From NCBI GenBank assembly GCA_964408995.1, contig CAYPBP010000001.1:10823-74822 (forward strand): a stretch of DNA of 64,000 bases. Reading direction: 5' to 3'. The position numbers and the translations under genes are program-made. Below are positions 20,372 through 29,565 of this stretch, in pieces (the first letter of the stretch is position 1; every line of letters begins with the position of its first letter). This DNA is from an uncultured Gammaproteobacteria bacterium. GTDB taxonomy: Bacteria > Patescibacteriota > Microgenomatia > UBA12405. Under the pieces are notes generated by a model that did no database searches, had not been told where the DNA came from, and was given only the letters and a program-made list of their open reading frames with translations.

Positions 20372-22094
20372 GTTGATCTAAAAGATCTTTAACTTCTTTT
20401 ATATTAGGAGCAACTTTAACAATTTGTTCTAAAATTGAAATAGCCTTATCTTTTTGACCCATATTAGCATAAACAACAGCTGTTATATAATAAACCTGAA
20501 CATCATTTGGTCTAACCTTATTAAGTCTTTCCAAATGATTCATTGCCAAATCATATCGCTTTTCCGCCAAATCAATTTGCAGTAAACTAAAATAACTTTG
20601 GTACAAATTAGGTCCAAAAGACAAAGCTGTTTCATAACTATCCCTGGCCAAATCCAATCTTCCTATTTTATAAAAAATATTAGCTCGATTATGAAAAGCA
20701 TCAGCATAATTTGGTTTAACTATAGTCGATTGAGTGAAACCTTTAATTGAATTTAAGTATTGCGTCATCTTCCCTTCGTTTGTAGTTTCTGCTTGAGCTA
20801 ACTTATCATAATCATCACCAATATTATTCCAAGCATTGTGGCTATTAGGTGATACTTGGCAAGTGTTTACCCATAATTTATGATTTGTCTGCCAATCACT
20901 ATTTCTATAAAAAGTTCTAACTGAATAATAACTAATCAAAGCTATAAATAAGAAAAATAAAGGCACTTCAAATTTTCTTCCAAGTCTTTGAAAAAATAAA
21001 ACCAAAAAAGCACAAAAACCCAAACTACCTAATAAAGCATATCTTTCAGCCACCAACCAACTGACTTTTACCGGAGCCATTGATGGTGCAGTTGCCAAAA
21101 AAATAAAAGCTAGAGCAAAAAATATTTTTTTATCTTTAAAGAAAAAATAACCAACAGCTGTTAGATAAGACAATAAAATTGACCAATTCAACCAAACTGG
21201 CAAAATATACATAGTGTGATACAAAGTCAAATCAGCTGGAACCAGCATTAATTGTAAATATTTAGCTATTGCCGTTGGGTATTGAAAAAATGGATTATAA
21301 AAAACACTTTCACTTCCATTATAGCCCGAATTAACATTTCCAATTCTTTGATTAATTAAAGGCCACAAAATAACCAACAAAATTATTATTCCAACAAAAC
21401 AATATAAAAATATTTTTAACCAATCAATATTTTTCTTTAATTTACTACCAAAAGATAAAATCAAAAGAGGGACTAATAATAATACTGAAATAGACCTAAC
21501 TCTTTCGGCCAAAAAAGCAATTGGTAAAGAAATTATAAAAAACCAAAAGTACTTTTTAATTCCAGTTTTTAAATATAAAACAAAAAATATTAAAGACAAT
21601 AAAACAGTCAAAGATGTAAACAAATAAGGTTTACCAGAAATCCAAGATACAGCTTCCACATGAATTGGTAATACTGCAAATAATATAGTAGTTAAAATAG
21701 CTGTTTTTTTACTAAAAATAATTTTTATGAAAATAAATGCCAAAACACAAACTCCTAAATAAATTACCAGATTAAAAACATGAAAAGGAATAGGATTTTT
21801 AATCCCAAAAAGAAATGCCAAAAACCAATTAGACAATCCTGTAATTAAACCAAAAAATCCATGTTTAAAACTCATTATTTGAGGATTGTTTGGAATTGTT
21901 GCATAATCATCTGACACAAAATCACCATATAGCGAATTAAAATACAAAACAAAAATACCGACACACAAGGCCAATAAAAATTTCCAATTCTCTTTAACTA
22001 TCTCTCTTATCCCCAAAACAGGTTCAAAAACATCTTCTTTCACTAAATTTTCCGTTTCCAATTTTCTTAATTTCTTAAGTTTCTTCTGAGACAT
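20361..22094 (-). CDS. TMTC-like GT-C glycosyltransferase with C-terminal TPR repeats
   Basis: 'FVSDD', 'HVEAVSWISG', 'AERY', 'RNSDW' and TPR repeats. Confidence 0.8.
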   Translation of the reverse strand: MSQKKLKKLRKLETENLVKEDVFEPVLGIREIVKENWKFLLALCVGIFVLYFNSLYGDFVSDDYATIPNNPQIMSFKHGFFGLITGLSNWFLAFLFGIKNPIPFHVFNLVIYLGVCVLAFIFIKIIFSKKTAILTTILFAVLPIHVEAVSWISGKPYLFTSLTVLLSLIFFVLYLKTGIKKYFWFFIISLPIAFLAERVRSISVLLLVPLLILSFGSKLKKNIDWLKIFLYCFVGIIILLVILWPLINQRIGNVNSGYNGSESVFYNPFFQYPTAIAKYLQLMLVPADLTLYHTMYILPVWLNWSILLSYLTAVGYFFFKDKKIFFALAFIFLATAPSMAPVKVSWLVAERYALLGSLGFCAFLVLFFQRLGRKFEVPLFFLFIALISYYSVRTFYRNSDWQTNHKLWVNTCQVSPNSHNAWNNIGDDYDKLAQAETTNEGKMTQYLNSIKGFTQSTIVKPNYADAFHNRANIFYKIGRLDLARDSYETALSFGPNLYQSYFSLLQIDLAEKRYDLAMNHLERLNKVRPNDVQVYYITAVVYANMGQKDKAISILEQIVKVAPNIKEVKDLLDQLKK

Positions 22095-22138
22095 ATTTCA
22101 TTCTACCAAAAATTTTCTTTTACTACTTCTCTATTTAT

Positions 22139-23122
22139 CTAAATTTCTAATGATCTAAACAACTCTCCAAGCTTCTCTTCACTATGCCTCAACCTCATAT
22201 TCGATTCATCTATTGTTGCCAAGTCAACTTTTATTGTTTTGACTGGACAAAGCATGTCTTTTTCTACCAATAGTGAATTCTCTAATTTATAAAAATAAAA
22301 GACTTTCTTTAATAATTTTTTATCCAAATCAGCTAAATCAGCCATAATTATCAGATCAAAAGGGGTTTTATTTCTTAAATATTTTTGAAATATTTCTAAA
22401 TAACCATTTTGACTAGCTTTTTTAACTTCATTACCAGTAGAAAAAATATTAACCAAAAATATCTTCTTAGCCTTACTTTTATTAAAACTTTCTACAATTC
22501 CATCAGGTAAAAAATTAGGTAATACCGATCCATAAGTCGTCCCAGGCCCAATTATAATCACATCAGCATTCTCTATTATCTCTTTTGCTTTTTTATTTGC
22601 CTCAACTTTTGGAGATAACCAAATATTATCAATTTTATCCAAAGACATTCTTAAATCATCAATAAAATTTTCTCCCTTATATTCCTTGCCACTGATAGTA
22701 GTAAAACAAACATTTGATGGTTTTAAAGACACTGGAATAACTTCTCCGCAAAGTTTAGCCCCAGTCAAACTAGAAAACAAATCATCAATTTCACCCAAAT
22801 TACCTTCTTTTTCTGACAAAAATTGCAAAAATATATTTCCAAAGTTTCTATCCCTGCCATCTCTAAATCTAAGCATATCTTGCCAAATTTCTTTTTGTTT
22901 TCCATCATCCCAAAGCGAAATCAAAGCTCTCCAATAATCAGAAAAAGCCAAAAGTTTTCCTCTTTCATCAGTTCTCATCCGACCAGTATCTCCACCATTA
23001 TCAAAAGTTGTCACTATTGATTTAATGTCCCTAAATCCTGCTTTAATCAAAGCTTTATTAACAATCGGCATTCCTGATCCACCACCAATAGTACAAACTT
23101 TAAGATTTTTATTCATAAACAT
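22139..23122 (-). CDS. YvcK/GlmR (UPF0052) family UDP-GlcNAc-binding protein
   Basis: 'IGGGSG', 'DNGGDTGRMR', 'IGPG..YGSVLPN'. Confidence 0.85.
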   Translation of the reverse strand: MFMNKNLKVCTIGGGSGMPIVNKALIKAGFRDIKSIVTTFDNGGDTGRMRTDERGKLLAFSDYWRALISLWDDGKQKEIWQDMLRFRDGRDRNFGNIFLQFLSEKEGNLGEIDDLFSSLTGAKLCGEVIPVSLKPSNVCFTTISGKEYKGENFIDDLRMSLDKIDNIWLSPKVEANKKAKEIIENADVIIIGPGTTYGSVLPNFLPDGIVESFNKSKAKKIFLVNIFSTGNEVKKASQNGYLEIFQKYLRNKTPFDLIIMADLADLDKKLLKKVFYFYKLENSLLVEKDMLCPVKTIKVDLATIDESNMRLRHSEEKLGELFRSLEI

Positions 23123-23153
23123 TATTATATAACAAATACTCTCAATTGGTTTT

Positions 23154-24125
23154 TTATCGTTTAAATATCTTATTAAATAAACCTGTTGTAATTTTTGACG
23201 ATAAAGTTAACACTATTACAACTGTAGTAATCACCAAATAACTTATTACCTTTATATTTGATGACAAAATATCATATTGAAATACCTTTTCCAAATATCT
23301 AATCACAAAACCATGAAGTAAATAAACCACCATACTATTTATTCCAATATCAGTAATTTTATATATCTTAAAATTAGGAACAACAATCATTATCATCACT
23401 GACAAAAGCAAAGCTATTAAATAAATTCCTAATCTAATAATTAAATTATAATCAAGATTGTTATAGCTCGAAAAACTATACATCCACCACACCTTTATAC
23501 TATCAATATAAAGATACAATCCCAAAACTATTAAAACAGACAATAAACTCACTAAACTTACCAATAACTTATTTTTTTTAAGCTTACTAAAATCTATTTT
23601 GTTTTTATTACAATAAAATCCCAAAAGAAAGAAAGGGAAAAAGACGATTGTTCTTGACAGACTCAAGTAAGAGCCTATTGAACTATTAAAACCCGCTAAT
23701 AATCCTAATCCAAAGGCTATTAAAATAACTTTTATATTAACTTTTTTAATAAACTGCACCATTGTTCCCCAAAACATAAAAGACAATAAATACCACAAAC
23801 TCCAAGCTGGATTTGTTAAGTCATAAGTTACCCCCGCATTCTCTAATACATATTTATTAAAGAAAAAATATAAAGTTTGAAACACCAAATAAGGAAACAC
23901 TAATCTACTAATTATTTTTTTAAAATTAATATTGGTAGCAAAATAACCAGAACAAAAAACAAACAATGGCATATGAAAAGAAAATATTAAGACGTAAAGA
24001 TATTTAACAAAACCTAAGTTCAAAAAATCTTCTAACAAGTGGCCAAAAACAACTAATATAATTAAAAATCCTTTGATATTGTCAAAATAACTATTCCTCC
24101 CTGTCTTTGTTTTTATTTTTTCCAT
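23154..24125 (-). CDS. Acyltransferase family 3 (NolL/OafA-like O-acetyltransferase)
   Basis: 'RNSYFDNIKG..LVVFGH', 'FHMPLF', 'WYL', 'YLLH'. Confidence 0.9.
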   Translation of the reverse strand: MEKIKTKTGRNSYFDNIKGFLIILVVFGHLLEDFLNLGFVKYLYVLIFSFHMPLFVFCSGYFATNINFKKIISRLVFPYLVFQTLYFFFNKYVLENAGVTYDLTNPAWSLWYLLSFMFWGTMVQFIKKVNIKVILIAFGLGLLAGFNSSIGSYLSLSRTIVFFPFFLLGFYCNKNKIDFSKLKKNKLLVSLVSLLSVLIVLGLYLYIDSIKVWWMYSFSSYNNLDYNLIIRLGIYLIALLLSVMIMIVVPNFKIYKITDIGINSMVVYLLHGFVIRYLEKVFQYDILSSNIKVISYLVITTVVIVLTLSSKITTGLFNKIFKR

Positions 24126-24162
24126 ATTTTTGTAAATTAATTCATTATACTAAAAAAATACT

Positions 24163-24189
24163 CCAAATCTTTAACTCTCTAACGCTCTA
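24163..24189 (+). repeat. 8-bp-period array, intergenic
   Basis: ccaaatct ttaactct ctaacgct cta. Confidence 0.55.
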
Positions 24190-24237
24190 TGTTAAAAACA
24201 ATAATCTAGTAATATTTTTTTCTGTTATCATGTATTT

Positions 24238-24807
24238 ATGATTACAAAAAATAAAATTATTTATGCTTTCATCGACAGCCAAAATTTAAACTTAGGCACA
24301 AGTAAAGATTTGTTTAAAAACGGTCTACAAATATATACTGGATGGAAGCTAGATAATAAAAAATTTCATCAATTCCTTTTAGACAAATTTAGAGTAACAA
24401 AAGCGTTTTTATTTATTGGTTATCTTGATCAGTATAAAGATTTATATAAATTTCTTAAATCAATTGGCTACACTCTTATTTTCAAACCTACGGTTAAAGA
24501 TGAACACGGAAAACCAAAAGGGAATGTTGATGCTGAATTAGTTTTACATTCCGCTGCTATTGAATTTGAAAATTATGACAAAGCAGTAATCGTTTCAGGA
24601 GATGGTGACTTCAGTTGTTTACATAAATATCTCAAACAACACAAAAAATTAGAAAAAATTATTATTCCAAACAAATTTTCCGAATCAAGTCTTTTAAAAG
24701 ATTTTCAAGATTATAAATTGTTTTTATACCGGGAAAAAGAAAAGCTAGAATATATACCACCAAAATTACAAATTAAGTCCAAAAAAAATGGGAGGCGTCG
24801 CTCATAA
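24238..24807 (+). CDS. NYN domain (LabA/DUF88, PIN-like) protein
   Basis: 'FIDSQNL', 'KGNVD', 'VSGDGDF'. Confidence 0.9.
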   Translation: MITKNKIIYAFIDSQNLNLGTSKDLFKNGLQIYTGWKLDNKKFHQFLLDKFRVTKAFLFIGYLDQYKDLYKFLKSIGYTLIFKPTVKDEHGKPKGNVDAELVLHSAAIEFENYDKAVIVSGDGDFSCLHKYLKQHKKLEKIIIPNKFSESSLLKDFQDYKLFLYREKEKLEYIPPKLQIKSKKNGRRRS

Positions 24808-24844
24808 GCACTTAGCTTAAGGGTCGTGTTCTCCCTGATGATTG
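24781..24844 (-). ncRNA. Candidate small RNA convergent with the NYN gene
   Basis: Lies downstream of a consensus minus-strand promoter; GGGAG...CUCCC stem followed by a U8 tract. Confidence 0.5.
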
Positions 24845-24849
24845 TGTCA

Positions 24850-24879
24850 ATTATACAATAATTATCCATATCATGTCAA
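24850..24879 (-). promoter_or_regulatory. Consensus sigma70 promoter
   Basis: Minus strand TTGACA-18 nt-TATAAT, with no ORF downstream. Confidence 0.7.
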
Positions 24880-24894
24880 TCCCACCATAGTCCT

Positions 24895-24939
24895 CTAAAG
24901 CACCAGAGTACAGCAAGCACTAATGCATCAAAGTGCTAG
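24895..24939 (+). repeat. 8-bp-period degenerate array, intergenic
   Basis: ctaaagca ccagagta cagcaagca ctaatgca tcaaagtg ctag. Confidence 0.6.
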
Positions 24940-25055
24940 TGTGTTAAATTAACCTCTTGACACAAAATATCGTGTCATAACCTGTAAGTGTAATATATTT
25001 ACATATAGGGGTCACATGAGCTTTATAAAAGATTTTATTAAATCAAAAAAAGTTT

Positions 25056-25826
25056 TTAAACAGTTTTTAAATTTTCTTTTATAAAATCCAAGATATAATC
25101 ATAAAATTCCAACAAACGATCTCTTTGATCAATAGGCACAAATGGTTTCAAGTCTAAGATAAACTTTTCCTTACTAAACTTATTTATCTTAGCAATTAAT
25201 TGGTCCGACATAAAAGTCTTTATATTGTAATATTTTAATTTTTCTTTCACTAATTTTTCATCTATAAAAATATTTTTACTCAATAAAAACCATAAATCAT
25301 AAATATCTCGTCCTTTATCTCGAGTTAATGTTGCTCTAATTTTTTCGGCCAATATTTCTTCAGCTGACAAATGATTCACATAAGCAGTAAATATAACTGG
25401 ATAATTTGTGTTTACAATTGATTGACTTGGATTTATCACTTTTTCCCTAAAAGAAAAATCAAGATTAATAAATATTTTATAATTAACTATATTCAAATCA
25501 GCCGTCAACAAATATTTATCTCCAGTAATAGTTTTTCTTTTCTTGAAATTAAAACCATATAATTTTTCTAGTTTCTTAAAAAATTTTATTATAAACACAT
25601 CAAATTCCTCTTTATCTCCCATAACGGTAAAATCTAAATCTTCTGAAAAACGTGTTCCTTTTAAAATTAATCTTATTGCTGTTCCTCCCTTAAAAAAAAT
25701 ATTTTGAGAATATTTTTCATCGTATAATTCCTTCAAAAATAGTGTTTGAATATACTCTCGAACCACTACACTTTCATTTATTTTTAACAGTCTTGAAAAT
25801 TCTTTTATTTGATTAGTAGTTAACAT
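25056..25826 (-). CDS. abiEii: AbiEii-type nucleotidyltransferase toxin (type IV TA)
   Basis: 'FKGGTA', 'RFSEDLDF', 'EKIRA', 'RDIYDLW'. Confidence 0.9.
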   Translation of the reverse strand: MLTTNQIKEFSRLLKINESVVVREYIQTLFLKELYDEKYSQNIFFKGGTAIRLILKGTRFSEDLDFTVMGDKEEFDVFIIKFFKKLEKLYGFNFKKRKTITGDKYLLTADLNIVNYKIFINLDFSFREKVINPSQSIVNTNYPVIFTAYVNHLSAEEILAEKIRATLTRDKGRDIYDLWFLLSKNIFIDEKLVKEKLKYYNIKTFMSDQLIAKINKFSKEKFILDLKPFVPIDQRDRLLEFYDYILDFIKENLKTV

Positions 25827-25830
25827 ATTA

Positions 25831-26424
25831 TTATTTAATGATTTTTTTAACCAATTCCATAATATTCTTATCTGCTTTTAATTGACGACACATATCTAAA
25901 AATGTTTTTACATTAATGTTTCCCAGATCATATTCATCAAAATTAATTGATTTAAGACCTTTTGAAGCTAAATAAATTTGATCAAAAAGAGCTTTTTCTG
26001 GCAAAGCTATCAGCATATTATTTTTTTTAGTAAACATTCCAAAATATTTGGAATTTATATGACTGTAACTATATATTTTTTCATCAAATTTTTTAGTGAT
26101 ATTTTTCTTTGAAGTTACGTTAGTTATTTCAAAAGGAAATTGTGACAAAATACCCCAATAATTAAGAGCTGTTTCCAAAGAAATATAAGATGGTTGGTAC
26201 AAAAAATTAGCTATTTCAAAAGTATCTATATTTTTTCCAGTTACACAATACTTATTCTTTTCGATATTAATTAAAACTCCATTCTTTATAAAATCACTAA
26301 CAATTCGGTAATAAGTCCTTTCACTTTTTATACCCAAAATATCTTTTAATGTTTTTGAATTTATCAAAGTAAACCCAGACTCAAGTAATTTTTTTGTCAA
26401 TAAACTTAAACTATACGATTCCAT
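25831..26424 (-). CDS. abiEi: AbiEi-type antitoxin / transcriptional regulator
   Basis: N-terminal wHTH, 'PSYISLETAL..WG', 'PEKALFD'; directly upstream of the toxin. Confidence 0.85.
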   Translation of the reverse strand: MESYSLSLLTKKLLESGFTLINSKTLKDILGIKSERTYYRIVSDFIKNGVLINIEKNKYCVTGKNIDTFEIANFLYQPSYISLETALNYWGILSQFPFEITNVTSKKNITKKFDEKIYSYSHINSKYFGMFTKKNNMLIALPEKALFDQIYLASKGLKSINFDEYDLGNINVKTFLDMCRQLKADKNIMELVKKIIK

Positions 26425-26462
26425 ATACTGTCAATATTAGACACTATATAGAACCGTGTCAA
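26425..26462 (-). promoter_or_regulatory. AbiE promoter with overlapping inverted repeat
   Basis: Minus strand TTGACA-17 nt-TAATAT; TGTC-TAATATT-GACA dyad over the -10 box. Confidence 0.5.
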
Positions 26463-26494
26463 GTACTAATAAAAACAACCTCCTAGTAAATTGA

Positions 26495-26534
26495 CCAGAC
26501 TACTAGCACACCAGAGCACTAACGTACTATAATG
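26495..26534 (+). repeat. 8-bp-period array running into the wzm -10 box
   Basis: ccagacta ctagcaca ccagagca ctaacgta ctataatg. Confidence 0.75.
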
Positions 26535-26539
26535 CATTA

Positions 26540-27340
26540 ATGCTTTCTCTTATCAAAGAAATAAAAGACATCTACAAATGGCGCGAACTATTATGGCAAA
26601 TGGTTGGCCGTGAAGTCAAAGCTCGCTACAAACAATCCATCCTCGGTTATTTCTGGGTTATCCTAAATCCACTAGCTCAAATGCTAGTCATGTCTTTTGC
26701 TTTCTCAATCATCATGCGAATTCCTACCAATTCAGCCAGCAATATTCCTTATTCTATTTTCCTTTTCGTTGCTCTTTTACCTTGGAACTTATTCACCGGT
26801 TCCCTTAGTTCAGCCGCTGGAGCCATAGTTGGAGCCGGTGGTTTAGTTACCAAAATTTATTTCCCTCGAACTATTTTAGTAATTGCCACTATCGTTGCTA
26901 AAATTATTGATTTTCTTTTTGCCAACATAGTCTTAGTTATTTATATGATTATTTACAACATACCAATCAATATAAATATTCTTTGGGTTATTCCAATCTT
27001 TTTTATTCAACAAATTTTCACTCTTGGTCTATCTCTTTTCTTTGCCGCCGCCAATCTTCTCTACCGAGACATTCAATACCTTTTATCAATGATTTTGCTT
27101 CTTTGGATGTATGTCACTCCAGTCATCTTCCCAGCCGATTTAGTCCCAGAAAGATACCGCTTTGTTTTCCAGATAAACCCTATGGCTGTCATTATTAATG
27201 CTTACAGGCAAGTAATTCTAGCTGGAGGTGTCCCTAAATACTCCAGTTTAGCCATCGCCATTGTCGTTTCTCTTATAACTCTTTTAATTGGCTTTAAATA
27301 TTTCAAATCTCGCGAAAAAATCTTCGCCGATAATATTTAG
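26540..27340 (+). CDS. wzm: ABC polysaccharide exporter, permease
   Basis: 'REVKARYKQSILGYFWVILNPL', 'YRDIQ', 'NPM'. Confidence 0.92.
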   Translation: MLSLIKEIKDIYKWRELLWQMVGREVKARYKQSILGYFWVILNPLAQMLVMSFAFSIIMRIPTNSASNIPYSIFLFVALLPWNLFTGSLSSAAGAIVGAGGLVTKIYFPRTILVIATIVAKIIDFLFANIVLVIYMIIYNIPININILWVIPIFFIQQIFTLGLSLFFAAANLLYRDIQYLLSMILLLWMYVTPVIFPADLVPERYRFVFQINPMAVIINAYRQVILAGGVPKYSSLAIAIVVSLITLLIGFKYFKSREKIFADNI

Positions 27341-27376
27341 TCCTCTAGAACGCTGGTACTCTAGATCTCTAGACAA
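27337..27376 (-). repeat. 8-bp-period array upstream of four-helix-bundle gene 1, inverted relative to the downstream array
   Basis: Reverse complement reads ctagagat ctagagta ccagcgtt ctagagga ctaa. Confidence 0.7.
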
Positions 27377-27409
27377 TTAACAAATCAAAAACTAGCGAAA
27401 TAAATTAAT

Positions 27410-27775
27410 ATGAATTTTACTGATCTAAATATTTGGAAAGAAAGTAATAAATTAGCTATTACCATATATAAAATAACTAAAAATTTTCCAAAATCGGAAA
27501 TTTTTGGAATAACATCCCAACTACAAAGGGCTTCTACTTCTATTTCTGCTAATATTGCTGAAGGTTTCGGAAGGAAAGGCAATAAAGAATTTATCCAATT
27601 TTTATATCAAGCAAAAGGTTCTCTCTATGAAACTCAAAATTTTATACTTTTCAGCCGAGATATAGGTTATATTGAAAAATCAGAATCAGAAATTTTATTA
27701 AATCAATACGAATCATTAGCTAAAATGTTAAATTCCTTTATTACTAAGGTAAAATATAATAATGAAAACAAATAA
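27410..27775 (+). CDS. Four-helix-bundle protein (23S rRNA IVP / TIGR02436-like)
   Basis: 'FTDLNIWK', 'FPKSEIFGITSQLQRASTSISANIAEG', 'AKGSLYE'. Confidence 0.92.
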   Translation: MNFTDLNIWKESNKLAITIYKITKNFPKSEIFGITSQLQRASTSISANIAEGFGRKGNKEFIQFLYQAKGSLYETQNFILFSRDIGYIEKSESEILLNQYESLAKMLNSFITKVKYNNENK

Positions 27776-28553
27776 GGTGTCTAGCGAACCAGCGAACCAG
27801 CGAACCAGCGAACCAGACCAAATCGTTATACGATTTGGTCATGTTACCAAAGATTTTAGCAAACTCTCTCATAAAACCTTCAAAGAATTTCTTCCCGCTC
27901 TAATCAAAGGCGAAAAAACAGCTGAAAGTTTTACTGCTCTAAAAGACATTAGCTTTGAAATTAAAAAAGGGGAGACAGTTGGCATAATTGGTCCAAATGG
28001 CAGTGGCAAATCAACTATTCTAAAGCTCATTGCCGGCGTTATGTGGCCAACATCCGGAACAGTGCAAGTCAAAGGTAAAATCTCTCCTCTAATCGAGCTT
28101 GGTGCCGGCATGCATCCAGAATTAACTGGCAGTGAAAATATTTACTTAAACGGCGCCATTCTTGGTCTTTCTCAAAAAGAAATTGCGACCAATTACAAAT
28201 CTATTGTCGATTTTGCCGAAATTTGGGAATTTATCGATCAACCAATCAAACATTATTCTTCAGGTATGTATATGCGCCTTGCTTTTGCCATTGCCATTCA
28301 TGTCCACCCCGAAATTCTAATAGTCGACGAAATTCTATCTGTTGGTGATGCTGCTTTCCAAGACAAATGTTTCAAAAAGATGGAAGAATTTCAAAAATCA
28401 AAAGACATTACCATTATTTTTGTTACCCATGCTTTAGCTCAAGTCGAAAAATTCTGCACCCGCGCCATTTACATCAACAACCATCAAATCCAGTACGACG
28501 GCGATACTCAAAAAGCAACTAAAAAATATTTAGACGATCTAGAAAACAAATAA
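27762..28553 (+). CDS. wzt: ABC polysaccharide exporter, ATP-binding subunit
   Basis: Walker A GPNGSGKST, 'YSSGMYMRLAF', 'VDEILSVGD'; no C-terminal carbohydrate-binding domain. Confidence 0.92.
   Translation: MKTNKVSSEPANQRTSEPDQIVIRFGHVTKDFSKLSHKTFKEFLPALIKGEKTAESFTALKDISFEIKKGETVGIIGPNGSGKSTILKLIAGVMWPTSGTVQVKGKISPLIELGAGMHPELTGSENIYLNGAILGLSQKEIATNYKSIVDFAEIWEFIDQPIKHYSSGMYMRLAFAIAIHVHPEILIVDEILSVGDAAFQDKCFKKMEEFQKSKDITIIFVTHALAQVEKFCTRAIYINNHQIQYDGDTQKATKKYLDDLENK
27781..27820 (+). repeat. 8-bp-period array downstream of four-helix-bundle gene 1, in frame in the wzt N-terminus
   Basis: ctagcgaa (ccagcgaa)x3 ccagacca, encoding SSEPANQRTSEPDQ. Confidence 0.9.
28447..28553 (+). repeat. 107-bp direct repeat (wzt 3' end), copy 1
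   Basis: First 34 bp identical to 30881-30914; about 15 mismatches in the remainder. Confidence 0.9.
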
Positions 28554-28572
28554 TACACTAGCGCAAGTAGTA

Positions 28573-29397
28573 TTATTTGAGCTTAATGGATTTTTTCTGA
28601 GATAAATAGTTTTTTTTAGAAACAATTGTTTTACCAAGTTCATTTTCCAGTTCTTTTCTGGCATTTCCAGCAATTTTACCACCTCTGTTCGCGTCACTTT
28701 TTAATTTGGGTACACCAATGGATTTTTCTTGGCGATGAATTTCAGTAGTAGACCTTTCTCCTAGCATAGTGAAGATCAATTCGAAATCATCCATATGATC
28801 TCTTAAATTTTCTCTTTTGATTCCTTTGAGTTTTTTATATTCAATTGGAGTTACTCCAAAAGTGGCTTTAGAAATTTCTGCAGTCAAAATTTCATAATCT
28901 TTTTGTTCTTTAGCACCTCGTTTTTGCCATTCGTCAGTTAATTCCTCGCGGATGGCAATACCACGCATTCTTTTTTCAATCCAACTTTCTGAATAACCTT
29001 TAGCTTGGTACAAGGCACGAGTTCGCTTGGTGGCTAATTCTGGATCTTCGATTTCTTGGACTCGTTCATAACCAACTTTTGCTAACCACATTTTAAATGG
29101 TTCAGCCTTAGGTGAGGGGATTGATTGAATAATTCTAAATATTCCTTCAGTATTAGCACAATCTGTAATATATTTTTTCCCATCTGATGATTCAAGTTTC
29201 AGTTGTCGACAAATTGTCGATAACTGAAATCCATCATCATTCTTAACTCTTATTTTCATTTTAAACCAATAATCGTTAGGATTGACACTATCAGTGAGTG
29301 ATTGAACTACATCCACAACTGAAAACCACCACTCATTTGAATAAATTGTTCTTCTAATTTTTTTACCTTTAAAAATTGCCAAATAATTGTTGTTCAT
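28573..29397 (-). CDS. Bro-N domain protein (phage antirepressor-like)
   Basis: 'IRR..EWWFSVVDVV', 'RIIQSIPSPKAEPFK', 'NLRDHM'. Confidence 0.88.
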   Translation of the reverse strand: MNNNYLAIFKGKKIRRTIYSNEWWFSVVDVVQSLTDSVNPNDYWFKMKIRVKNDDGFQLSTICRQLKLESSDGKKYITDCANTEGIFRIIQSIPSPKAEPFKMWLAKVGYERVQEIEDPELATKRTRALYQAKGYSESWIEKRMRGIAIREELTDEWQKRGAKEQKDYEILTAEISKATFGVTPIEYKKLKGIKRENLRDHMDDFELIFTMLGERSTTEIHRQEKSIGVPKLKSDANRGGKIAGNARKELENELGKTIVSKKNYLSQKKSIKLK

Positions 29398-29445
29398 ACT
29401 AAAATAATACTAGAGTAATTGGTCTTGTCAATGACTAAAACCGAA
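29398..29445 (-). promoter_or_regulatory. Promoter shared with the RhuM/Bro-N cassette
   Basis: TTGACA-16 nt-TATTAT-6 nt-ATG; homologous to 51841-51888. Confidence 0.7.
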
Positions 29446-29565
29446 GAAAACACGAATGTAAATAAATAATAAAATTTAAAAAAATACATTAGTACTATAT
29501 GTTAAACTCATTAATCATCTAACAAAAGCGATTCAATAATACTCATCTTATCCCCAAATTTCAAC

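Noticed and set aside
24790-24865. Hammerhead ribozyme (CUGAUGA at 24835 between two stems)
   Set aside because: The required GAAA after stem II is missing (the sequence reads TAAT) and no stem III is evident.
27410-27775. 23S rRNA intervening sequence
   Set aside because: The family name is historical; the flanks are protein-coding and contain no rRNA.
27781-27820. CRISPR array or iteron-type origin
   Set aside because: Units are 8 bp with no spacers, and there are no cas or rep genes.
28573-29397. Prophage, suggested by the Bro-N antirepressor-like genes
   Set aside because: No structural, terminase or integrase genes nearby.
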